Source: Raja brachyura (lineage: Eukaryota). Taken from it: 64,000 bases of DNA. Position 1 is the first letter of the stretch. Every line of letters begins with the position of its first letter. The translations under genes were made by a program, and so were the position numbers. Where the stretch lies: assembly GCA_963514005.1 (NCBI GenBank), contig OY740782.1:150536001-150600000 (forward strand), given 5' to 3'. This document shows, one piece after another, positions 28,063 to 39,374 of the stretch. The notes beneath the pieces were generated by a model that did no database searches, was not told the origin of the DNA, and saw nothing but the letters and a program-made list of their open reading frames with translations.

Positions 28063-29147
28063 CGATTTTAGCTTAATACGAGCATTAGGACCCTGCGTAC
28101 TCTTTACATCTCGTGCAACAAGGGGCGTTTCCATTCAGTGTCACCCAGAGGGAGCCTGCATCTGCTGCCATCTCGTGGTGCATATTTGTATTGCAGATTT
28201 TTGATTTAGATTGAATTTCGAACATTACCTGCGACCAGAGGATGGTGCTATGACCACTCGGTTGCCACTGATACAGATATTTTTTTCGTTAGCATAGTTT
28301 AGCTTCCTTTATTGTCACGTTTACAGAGGAATAGTGAAAAGCTTTTGTTGCGTGCTAACTATTCAGCGGAAAGGTTATACATAACTACCATCTAGCCATC
28401 CACAGAGTACAGATACGTGATAAAGAGAATGATGTTTGGTGCATGATAAAGCCCAGTAAACTCCACTTAAATATAGTCCAAGGGTCCCCAATAAGGGAGA
28501 GAGTAGCTCAGGCCCACACTCTCGTTGCTGATAAAATGATTCAGTTCCCTGATAACAGCCGGAAATAAATTGTTCCTGAATCTGGAGTCTTGCGTTTTCA
28601 CACTTCTCTACCTCTTGCCTGATGGGGGAGGGGAGACGATATGTCGCCATACATTTTTATTCATATTTATTATACCGGATCACGTGTTACCTCGGAATTG
28701 TACCCACATATGTCTCTTTTCTCCCAGGCAGCCATTCACGTTCGAGGTTACCTTCCTTCCACTCTAGGCCTAGAATTATTGATCATGCCAATGTGGGAAC
28801 GGGGGGGTCTTTTCCAGAAGAGGCCGGAGGTGTCTGAAGGAGTGGGTAGGTAGGATGTTAGTGATGTGATGTACTCCAGACAGCGCTTAAAATATATTGT
28901 CCCTGTATTTTAACGCTCAATACAGTCGCATTCCGTAGCGTGCCAGGCCCTGTGCATCCTGATGCGAACTCAAGAATTATCTTGAAAACAGTATTATCCC
29001 TGTCACCTGACATACTTGGTTTCACACATTTATGTTACAATACATATTGGTAATATAGAAACTCTTTCTGCCCGGATTAAACGAGGCTGTTAACTATTTA
29101 TTCGGGATTAATCCTATTCTTGTTGTACTACAAACTAGTAAAGTTGA

Positions 29148-30480
29148 AGGCCCGTACGAAGCTTTTCAAAAAGGGGGGTGGCATGACAAGATTATAAAAC
29201 ATTTATGTGAAGTAATGTGCGCACAGCGCACATCACGAGCGTGAAGCCCCTCGCGGCCGGGGTTTTAGATGATCTCTGCTGCCCTCGGAGCCTTATTTTG
29301 GAGCATTTTTGCACCAGATTTATGACCAATATTTCAGAAATAATGTCAAGAGTCAAGATTAATAATTGCAGAGCTGCCAAGTTTCACCGAGCATTTCCGT
29401 ATTTTGATGGGTGAAAATCAGTATTTTGTTGGGGAAATCGGTATTTCTCACAAATGCAATGGAACGTACTACACAGAAACTAGATTTTTGAAAATCAGTG
29501 GTTTGCATGCAACCTCATGTATTCTCAAATATTATTATGGAATACTGAAAATCAGTACTACTGAATTGTGAAACCATTTTTGAAATGTGAATTTATAATT
29601 CTTAATTTTGATTCCATAACTTAAAAATATACATACATTTCACAATTCATCATATAGTTTACCAAACAATCAAACATGCTGGCATGATGCTGCATAATCA
29701 TTCAGGTGCTCCTGGATGTATAGTGCCATTTACCCCTACTACTAATGCAAAGGCATTCGTTGGCCTTAGCCTATATGCCATTACTGGTTCCACGAATATA
29801 GCACCTCAGACCAGTTTATCCAGCATGGCAGTCCTCAGTTTGTTAATGCTGTCAAAGCATGTGTCGTTCCGCAGTACACTGATGTAGGTGGCCCTACTTC
29901 TACCTCTTCTTGCAGTGCCATGTTTGGTCTCCCGAAGTGTGACTTTATCTTTAATGGCAGTCCTCAGTTCGTTAACACTGTCCAAGGTCTGTGTCATTCC
30001 GCAGCTAGTACACTGGTGTAGATAGCCCGACTTCTACCTCTTCTTGCAGTGCCCTGTTTGGGCTCCCAAAGTGTGAGGGGATTAGAAGACAGTTCAGGAT
30101 TCCTCTCACAGACTTTGACAACACTCTTGGCAGACCAGCATATATTGCCATATAGCCATAAATCACATTTTCCAGTTCCATTTTCCGAGAATGTAACTGT
30201 GCAAACCTCGTCACCACTTTGCCCAAGTCATGGGCAAAGGCATAGTGAATGTACATTAAGGCGAGTGCAGACAGCCTGTCATTGCTCATGGAAGTCCTGG
30301 GTAGTGATGCAGGCAACGGACACGTGTGGCACGCCTGCATATGTTGCCATTTAGCCAGAATTCATGTTTTCCAGTTCCATTTTCCAAAAATGTAACTACG
30401 CAAACCTAGTCACAACTTTATCCAAGTTATGGGCAAAGTCATAGTGAATGTGGATTAAGGTGACTGCAGACAGGTGATGT
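29148..30480 (-). mobile_element. hAT (Tip100/Zaphod-like) transposon remnant
   Basis: Terminus AGGCCCGTACGAAGC shared with 61607; transposase C-terminal dimerisation-like peptide RTSMSNDRLSALALMYIH...RFAQLHSRKMEL (30005-30340), partly repeated at 30360-30480. Confidence 0.65.
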
Positions 30481-30993
30481 ACGTGAGAAAACGTGTTTGT
30501 TCACGTTGACTGGATCAAAGTAAGAAGCCGAGCGAGATTGCGCTCACTGCAAGCATGCCGCCCAAGTCGAGCGTCTCCCTGCCACTCAGGCTCATGACCA
30601 AAGGTCCCAGCTACTTTCGCAGTCAAATAGAGGGGGACAGGTGGGGTCAGCAGAGCGCCGTGGTGAGACCTTGCCGCTGCCGACAAGGCCAAGTACTTGA
30701 AGAGTCAGACGGCGAGTGGGTACAAAGTGGAGCCCAATGGTTTGGGCAGCTCTGCCCCGAGGAAGGCAGCAGCAGCAGGGCCAGCAGCAACACGAAGACT
30801 TACCTGACCTCCAGCAGAGCGGGCAGCTGGTGCTCTGACATTGTGCCTCCTGACATCGAGCCGCCTGACATCGTGCAGGACACTATACTTTCCCTTTGGT
30901 TCTGGATTCTCCACGATCCCAACAGGTTGAATTCATTCTGCAGTTTCACTCTGTGGTGTTTTCCAATGCCGCCAACTCTTGGTTGAGAAGGCA

Positions 30994-31160
30994 ATCAATA
31001 GACAATAGGTGCAGGAGTAGGCCATTTGGCCCTTCGAGCCAGCACCGCCATTCAATGTGATCATGGCTGATCATCCACAATCAGTACCCCGTTCCTGCCT
31101 TTTCCCCATATCCCCTGACTCCGCTATCTTTAAGAGCCCTATCTAGCTCTCTCTTGAAAG
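30994..31160 (-). mobile_element. CR1 3' tail fragment
   Basis: caataggtgcaggagtaggccatt...tccccatatcccctgac. Confidence 0.8.
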
Positions 31161-31174
31161 CATTGAAAACTCTC

Positions 31175-34100
31175 TTGAGAGTTTGAGTCTGAGAGTTTGA
31201 GTTTGAGAATTTGAGAGTTTAAGTTTGAGAGTTTGAGTGTTTGAGTTTGATTGTTTGATGGTTTGAGTTTGATGGTTTGAGTTTGAGTGTTTGTGTTTGA
31301 GAGTTTCAGAGATTGAGTTTGAGTTTGAGAGTTTGTGTGTTTGAGAATTTGTGTTTGAGAGTTTGAGTCTGAGAGTTTGAGTCTGAGAGTTTGAGTGTTT
31401 GAGGTTGAGTGTTTGAGGTTGAGTGTTTGAGTTTGAGAGTTGGAGAGTTTGAGTTTGAGAGTTTGAGTTTGAGTTTGAGTTTGAGAGTTTGAGTTTTAGA
31501 GTTTGTGAGAGTTTGAGTGTTTGAGTGTGAGAGTTTGAGTGTGAGAGTTTGAGTGTTTGAGTGTGAGTGTTTGAGTGTGAGAGTTTGAGTTTGAGAGTTT
31601 GAGTTTGAGAGTTTGAGTGAGAATTTGAGAGTTTCAGAGATTGAGTTTGAGAGCTTGAATTTCAGGGTTTGAGTTTGAGAATTTGAGAGTTTGAGTTTGA
31701 GAGGTTTGAGAGTTTGAGTCTGAGAGTTTGAGTTTGAGTTTGAGTGTTTGAGTTTGAAAGTTAGAGTTTGAGATTTTGAGTTTGAGAGGTTGAGAGTTTG
31801 AATTTGAGTTTGAGAGTTTGTAAGAGTTTGAGTGTTTGAGTGTGAGTGAGTGTGAGAGTTTGAGTTTGAGCGTTTGAGAGTTTAAGTTTGAGAGTTTAAG
31901 TTTGAGAGTTTGAGTTGAGAGTTTGAAAGTTTGAGTTTGATTGTTTGAGTTTGAGAGTTTGAGAGTTTAAGTCAGTTAGAGTTTGAGAGTTAGAGTTCTA
32001 GAGTTTGAGTTTTAGCGAGAGTTTGATAGTTTGAGGTTGTGAGTTTGAGTTTGAGTGTGAGAGTGAGTTTGAGAGTTTGAGAGTTTGAGTGTTTGAGTTT
32101 TAGAGTTTGAGAGTTTGGGAGTTTGAGAGTTATAGTTAGAGTTTGAGTTTGAGTTTGTGTTTGAGTGTTTGAGTTTGAGAATTTGAGTTTGAGAGTTTGA
32201 TTTTGGATGAGTTTGAGAGATTAAGTTTGAGACTGAGTGGGAGTTTGATAGTTTGAGTTTGAGAGTTTGAGAGTTTGGGTTTGAGAGTTTTAATTTGAGA
32301 GATTGACAGTTTGAGTTTTAGAGTTTGAGTGTTTGAGTTTGAGTGTTTGAGTTTGAGAGTTTGAGATTGAGTTTGAGTTTGAGTTTTAGAGTTTGAGTGT
32401 TTAAGAGTTTGTGTTTGAGAGTGAGTTTGAGAGTTTGAGTGAGAGTTTGAGTTTGAGAGTTTGAGTTTGAGTGTTTGTGTGTTTGAGAATTTGTGTTTGA
32501 GATTGAGTTTGAGAGTTTGAGTTTGCGATTTTGAGTTTGAGAGTTTGAGTTTGAGAGTTTGAGATTGAGTTTGAGTTTGAGTTTTAGAGTTTGAGTGTTT
32601 GAGAGTATGAGTTTGAGAGTTTGAGTTTCAGAGTTTGAGAGATTGATTTTGAGAGTTTGAGTGAGAGTTTGAGTTTGAGAGTTTGAGTTTGAGTGTTTGT
32701 GTGTTTGAGAATTTGTGTTTGAGAGTTTGAGTTTGAGAGTTTGAGTTTGAGAGTTTGATTTTGGGTGAGTTTTAGAGATTAAGTTTGAGACTTTGAGTGG
32801 GAGTTTGATAGTTTGAGTTTGAGAGTTTGAGAGTTTGGGTTTGAGAGTTTGAGTTTGAATGTGAGAGTTTGATTTTGAGAGTTTGAGTGTTTGAGAGTTT
32901 TAATTTGAGAGTTTGACAGTTTGAGTTTTAGAGTGAGTGAGAGATTGAGTGTTTGAGTTTGAGTGTTTGAGTTTCAGTGTTTGTGTGTGAGTGTTTGAGA
33001 GTTGGAGTGAGAGTTAGAGATGTTGAGTTTGAGTTTGAGAATTTGAGTTTGAGAGTTTGAGTCTGAGAGTTTGAGTTTGAGAGTGAGTTTGAGTGTTTGA
33101 GTTTGTGAGTTTGAGTTTGAGAGTTTGAGTTTCAGAGTTTGAGATTGATTTTGAGAGTTTGGGAGTGAGAGTTTAAGTTAGTTAGAGTTAGTTGGAGTTT
33201 GAGAGTTAGAGTTAGAGTTTGAGTTTGAGTGTTTGATTGAGAGTTTGATAGTTTGAGGTTGTGAGTTCGTGTTGAGAGTTTGAGAGTTTGAGTATGAGTG
33301 TTTGTGTTTGAGAGTTTCTGAGATTGAGTTTGAGTTTGAGAGTTTGTGTGTTTGAGAGTTTGAGTCTGAGAGTTTGAGTTTGAGAGTTTGAGTGGGTTTG
33401 AGTGTTTGAGTGAGAATTTGAGAGTTTGAGAGTTTAAGTTAGAGTTAGTTAGAGTTAGAGATTGAGAGTTAGAGTTTGAGTTTGAGAGATTGAGTGAGAG
33501 TTTGCGAGTTTAAGTTAGTTTGAGAGTTTGAGTTTGAGAGTTTGAGTGTTTGAGAGTTTGTTTGAGAGTTTATGTTTGAGAGTTTGAGTTTGAGAGATTG
33601 TGTTTGAGAGTGAGTTTGAAAGTTTGAGTTTGAGTGAGAGTTTGATAGTTTATGGTTTATGAGTTTGAGAGTTTGGGTGTTTGGCAGTTTGAGAGTTTAA
33701 GTTAGTTAGAGTTAGTTAGAGTTTGAGAGTTAGGGTTTGAGTTTGAGTTTGAGACTGAGAGTTTGAGAGTTTGAATGTGAGAGTTTGATTTCGAGAGTTT
33801 GAGTGTGAGAGTTTGAGAGTTTGAATGTTTGAGAGTTTTAGTTTCACAGTGTGAAAGTTTGAGTTTTAGAGTTTGAGTGAGAGTTTGAGTGTTTGAGTTT
33901 GAGTGTTTGAGTTTCAGTGTTTGTGTGTGAGTGTTTGAGAGTTGGAGTGAGAGTTAGAGATGTTGAGTTTGAGAGTTTGAGTTTGAGAGTTTGTGTTTGA
34001 GAGTTTGAGTCTGAGAGTTTGAGTTTGAGAGTGAGTTTGAGTGTTTGAGTTTGATAGTTTGAGTTTGAGAGTTTGAGAGATTGATTTTGAGAGTTTGAGT

Positions 34101-35868
34101 TTGAGAATTTGAGTGTTTGAGTTTGAGAGTTTGAGAGTTTTAGTTATTTAGAGTTAGTTAGAGTTTGAGAGTTAGAATTTGAAAGTTAGAGTTTGAGGGT
34201 TTGAGTTTGAGAGTTTGAGTTTGAGAGTTTGTGTTTGAGAGTTTGAGTGAGTGAGAGTTTGAATGTTTGAGTTTGAGAATTTGAGAGTTTGAGAGTTAGA
34301 GTTTGACTGAGAGTTTGACTGAGAGTTTGAGTGAGAGTTTGAGTTTGAGAGTTTGAGTTTGAGTTTGAGAGTTTCAGTTTGAGTTTGAGAGTTTGAGTTT
34401 GAGAGTTTGAGTGTTGGAGAGTTTGTGTTTGAGAGTTTAAGTCTGAGAGTTTGAGAGTTTGAGTGAACGTTTGAGAGTTTGAGTGAAAGTTTGAGTGCGA
34501 GTTTGAGTGTTTGAGAGTTTGAGTGTTTGAGAGTTTGAGTGTTTGAGTTTGAGAGTTAGAGTTTGAGTGTTTGAGTGTGAGTGTTTGAGAGTTTGAGTGT
34601 TTGAGTTTGAGAGTTTGAGATTGAGTTTGAGAGTTTGAGTTTGAGATTTTGAGTTTGAGATTTGAGTGTTTGAGAGTTTGTGTTTGAGAGTTTGAGAGTG
34701 AGTTTGAGTGTTTGAGTTTGAGAGTTTGTGTTTGAGAGTTTGTGTTTGAGAGTTTGAATGAGAGTTTGAGATTTTGAGTTTGAGAGTGAGAGTTTGAGAG
34801 TTTGGGAGTTTGGGAGTTTGAGTTAGTTAGAGTTTGAGAATTAGAGTTTGAGTTTGAGAGTTTGAGTGAGAGTTTGATTGTTTGAGGTTGTGAGTTTGAG
34901 TTTGAGTGTTTGAGAGTTTGAGTTTGAGAGTTTGAGTTTGAGAGTTTGAGTTTTAGAGTCTGAGAGTTTGAGTTTGAGAGTGAGTTTGAGTGTTTGAGTT
35001 TGATAGTTTGAGTTTGAGAGTTTGAGAGATTGATTTTGAGAGTTTGAGTTTGAGAATTTGAGTGTTTGAGTTTGAGAGTTTGAGAGTTTTAGTTATTTAG
35101 AGTTAGTTAGAGTTTGAGAGTTAGAATTTGAAAGTTAGAGTTTGAGGGTTTGAGTTTGAGAGTTTGAGTTTGAGAGTTTGTGTTTGAGAGTTTGAGTGAG
35201 TGAGAGTTTGAATGTTTGAGTTTGAGAATTTGAGAGTTTGAGAGTTAGAGTTTGACTGAGAGCTTGACTGAGAGTTTGAGTGAGATTTTGAGAGTTTGAG
35301 TTTGAGAGTTTGAGTTTGAGTTTGAGAGTTTCAGTTTGAGTTTGAGAGTTTGAGTTTGAGAATTTGAGTTTGAGAGTTTGAGTGTTGGAGAGTTTGTGTT
35401 TGAGAGTTTAAGTCTGAGAGTTTGAGAGTTTGAGTGAAAGTTTGAGAGTTTGAGTGAAAGTTTGAGTGCGAGTTTGAGTGTTTGAGAGTTTGAGTGTTTG
35501 AGAGTTTGAGTGTTTGAGTTTGAGAGTTTGAATGAGAGTTTGAGATTTTGAGTTTGAGAGTGAGAGTTTGAGAGTTTGGGAGTTTGGGAGTTTGAGTTAG
35601 TTAGAGTTTGAGAATTAGAGTTTGAGTTTGAGAGTTTGAGTGAGAGTTTGATTGTTTGAGGTTGTGAGTTTGAGTTTGAGTGTTTGAGAGTTTGAGTTTG
35701 AGAGTTTGAGTTTGAGAGTTTGAGTTTTAGAGTTTGAGTGTTTGAGTTTGAGTGTTTGAGTTTGAGAGATTGAGTTTGAGTTTGAGAGTTTGAGTTTGAG
35801 AGTTTGAGTTTGAGAGTTTAATAGTTTGAGAGTTTAATAGTTTGAGAGTTTGAGAGTTTGATTTTGAG
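31175..35868. repeat. 4.7 kb (GAGTTT/GAGAGTTT)n simple satellite with higher-order blocks
   Basis: Mixed 6- and 8-bp units, almost C-free on the + strand; internal re-duplications (e.g. from 34011 and from 34970). Confidence 0.95.
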
Positions 35869-35879
35869 TAAGATTTTTT

Positions 35880-36006
35880 TTAAAGCCAACTGTCTGTCAT
35901 ATTACTCACGACACGTGCCTGAATATGACTAATTTATAATTATATATTTATATTTCTATGAAAATTGTTCGTAATTGGGCCCCGCACCTCCTAAGGCTGG
36001 CCCTGC
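35880..36006 (-). mobile_element. hAT-like terminus
   Basis: Minus strand starts CAGGGCCAGCCTTAGGAGGTGCGGGGCCC. Confidence 0.4.
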
Positions 36007-36104
36007 GGAGGCCAATTCACTGGATGTTTCCAAGAGAGAGCTAGATATACCGTTTGGGGCTAACGGAATCAAGGGATATGGGGATAAAGCAGCAATGGGG
36101 AAAT

Positions 36105-38664
36105 GACTTAATGACATATAATGACTTAAACATAGTAATAAATGTTTCATAAGCACTGTCAATGTCTCTTTTTTGGTATATTATGTCCCAGTTTTGTGGC
36201 AGTAAGTCCTTTTTTAGTGCATTGATAGCTTCCTCCGATCTCACTCGTCTATATTCTGTTAGTTTGTATGGTTTGTTGTTCCTGTGGATGTAATTATAAA
36301 CTATGAAAACTGGCAAGTGGTCACTTATATCGTTGATTAATAATCCACTTACTGTTTTGTTTTCAAAGTCATTGTTGAATATATTGTCAATGAGTGTAGC
36401 ACAATAGGAAGTAATTCTACTGGGTCTGGTGATTTTGGGAAATAGACTCATACTGCACATTGTGTTGACAAATTCTTCTGTAAGGTTGTGTTGGTTCGGA
36501 TTTAGTCGGAAAAGCATAAACTAATCACTGAAAGTCAATATGGATTCAGATCAAACAGATCAACATCACTTGCAATACTAGAATCAATTGAAGATATCAC
36601 AGACGCTATTGACAATAATCTATATGCAGCTGGGATATTTATTGATATAAAGAAAGCATTTGATACGATCAATCATGATATCTTATTTAAAAAATTAGAA
36701 AGGTATGGCATCAGAGGCCCAGTACTGGATTGGATAAAAAGCTATTTAAGTAACAGGCAACAGTTTGTGAAGCTGGGCAGCTACAGTTCTGCATGTTTGG
36801 ACATTGCTTGTGGTGTCCCCCAGGGGTCAGTGTTGGGTCCAAAACTATTCATCGTGGAGATAAACAACATTTGTAATGTGTCCAATGCCTTGAGGCTGGT
36901 CTTGTTCGCAGACGACACAAATATTTTTTGTTCTGGGGAGAATTTAAAACAACTACTGGACAAAATAACAAAAGAAATGGGCAAACTGAAAACATGGTTT
37001 GACAGGAAAAAAATATCATTCAACTTGAGCAAAACCAAAATAATGTTATTTGGTAATTGCAGAACAAATACACAAGCGAATATAAAGATAAATGGGGTTG
37101 AAATTGAACGAGTTCATGAAAATAAATTTCTTGGGGTTATAATGGATGATAGAATCAGCTGGAAATCACACATTAAACATGTACAATCTAAACTGTCAAA
37201 AAGCATTTCTGTATTACACAAAGACAAGCAGGTTCTGGATCACAAATCACTCCGCATTCTCTACTGTTCACTAATTTAAGGTCTTTAAAATGATGAAAGG
37301 GATAGACAGAGTTGACGTGGATAAGCTTTTCCCATTGAGGGTAGGGAAGATTCAAACAAGAGGGCATGACATGAGAATTAAGGGACAGAAGTTTCGGGCT
37401 AACATGAGGGGGAACTTCTTTACTCAGCGAGTGGTGGCTGTGTTGAATGAGCTTCCTGCAGTAGTGGTGGAGGCAGGATCGATTTTAACATTTAAAAGTA
37501 AAGTGGATAGGTATATGGACGGGAAGAGAATGGAGGGTATAGTCTGAGTGCAGGTAGATGGGGCTAGGGGAAAATAAATGGTCGGCACGGACTGGACGGG
37601 CCAAGAAGGCCTGTTTCCGTGCTGTAATTGTTATATGGTTAATCTTACCCTAAATTACTGTGCAGAAGTCTGGGGCAATAACTATAAAAGTTCGCTACAT
37701 TCATTAACTATTCTGCAAAAAAGAGCAATACGCATTATTCACAATGTCAGGTATCTGGATCACACTAATTCATTATTCTTACAGTCAAAATTATTAAAAT
37801 GAGCAGATTTGGTTGCATTTAAAACAGCACAGATAATGTTTAGGGCCAAAAATAAAAACTTACCTGGAAATATACAAAAATTATTCAATGAGCGAGTGGG
37901 GGGTTATAATTTAAGAAGAATATTCAATTTTAAGGTACAAAGAGTCCGCACGACCAGAAAAACGTTTTGTATTTCGGTCTGTGGAGTGGGATTGTGGAAC
38001 AGTTTGAATGTGGAGTTAAAGCAATGTCCAAACATGAACCAGTTCAAAATGACAGACAAAACACTTGTTTTCACAAGGTACAGGGATGAAGGGGATGGTT
38101 GACAAACAGGGGTTAATGTTTATTTATTTATTTTATTTATTATTTATTTATGTTTTTTGGTTACTTCATACATATTACTTGTATGTGTTTATCAGTTGTG
38201 TGTATATATATGTCCGTATGCATCTCTAAACATTGTCTGGGGTACGTCTACGGTTAAATTGTATCTCAAATGAATAATTAGCTATTGTAGATTATATATT
38301 GTATATTGTGTTACATATTACATTACTATTGATACATTATCATTATTATTATTATTATTATAAGCAATGTTATTAATAATGGTGATAATTATAATAATTA
38401 ATTAATTAATTATTAAACATGGAAGAAGGGTTTAGGGAGAAGGGGTGAGATTAAATAAGTTATTCTTCTTCTCACTCCTTTTCGAGCTTGTAAAGAAAAA
38501 GTGTTGGACATTTAAATGTTGCTTTATGCTTTTCATTGCTTTGCAAATATTGCCTGGAATGTCCAATTGTTTGACTGTTTTGATTTTGTTGTTGTTATTT
38601 ATTCCTATTTATGTCTTTACTTGTTCGGAACAAATGAACAAATAAATAAATAAATAGATAAATA
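36105..38664 (+). mobile_element. Crack/L2-group LINE with inverted 5' endonuclease segment and a nested CR1 tail (37277-37640)
   Basis: Minus 36105-36510: ITRPSRIT...TLIDNIF...ISDHLPV. Plus strand: QYGFR, IDIKKAFDTINH, GVPQGSVLGP, LFADD; AT-rich 3' UTR. Confidence 0.85.
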
Positions 38665-39140
38665 TGATCATGGCTGATCATCCAACTCGGTATCCTGTTC
38701 CTGCCTTCTCTCCATACCCCCGGTAGCCACAAGGGCCACATTTAACTCCCTCTTAAATATAACCAATGAACTGGCCTCAACTACCTTCTGTGACAGAGAA
38801 TTCCACAGATTCACCACTCTCTGTGTGAAAAATGTTTTTTTCATCTTGGTCCAAAAAGACTTCTCCCTTATCCTTAAACTGTGACCCCTTGTTCTGGACT
38901 TCCCCAACATCGGGAACAATCTTCCTGCATCTAGCCTGTCCCTTAAGAATTTTTAAAGTTTCTATAAGATCCCCCCTCAATCTTCTAAATTCCAGCGAGT
39001 ACAAGCCGAGTCTATCCAGTCTTTCCTCATATGAAAGTCCTGCCATCCCAGGAATCAGTCCAGTGAACCTTCTCTGTACTCCCTCTATGGCAAGAATGTC
39101 TTTCCTCAGATGAGGAGATCAAAACTGTACGCAATACTCC
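38665..39140 (-). mobile_element. CR1 3' fragment
   Basis: GLSYEERL..LGLYSLEFRRLRGDLIE. Confidence 0.85.
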
Positions 39141-39374
39141 AGGTGTGGTCTCACCAAGGCCCTGCACAACTACAATAGAACCTCCCTGCTCCTATACTCA
39201 AGACTTTAAATGTGGTTATCCTGATAGTGCGCTGAATGGAATCAGCCGAGAGTAGTCCAGGAAACCCAACTAGTGGGATGAGTGGCTTTGTGGCTCCGTG
39301 TGGCCTATTCTTGTTTTGGGGGCCGATACTATCTCACTCACCCGCCGTCAAAGGCCCAACCAATGTCTCCTTTA

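Larger units (their letters stand above)
11270..29147. repeat. Tandem segmental duplication, ~2.6 units, period 6875-6876 bp
   Basis: Identical ORF translations at offsets of 6875/6876 (15397/22272, 18438/25314, 20354/27230); the first unit is more diverged and carries deletions. Confidence 0.95.

Noticed and set aside
30480-30990. GC-rich ORFs (e.g. 30555-30986)
   Set aside because: No recognisable domain or splice structure; lies among transposon debris
31175-35868. Interstitial telomeric repeat
   Set aside because: Units are TTTGAG/TTTGAGAG; TTAGGG is essentially absent
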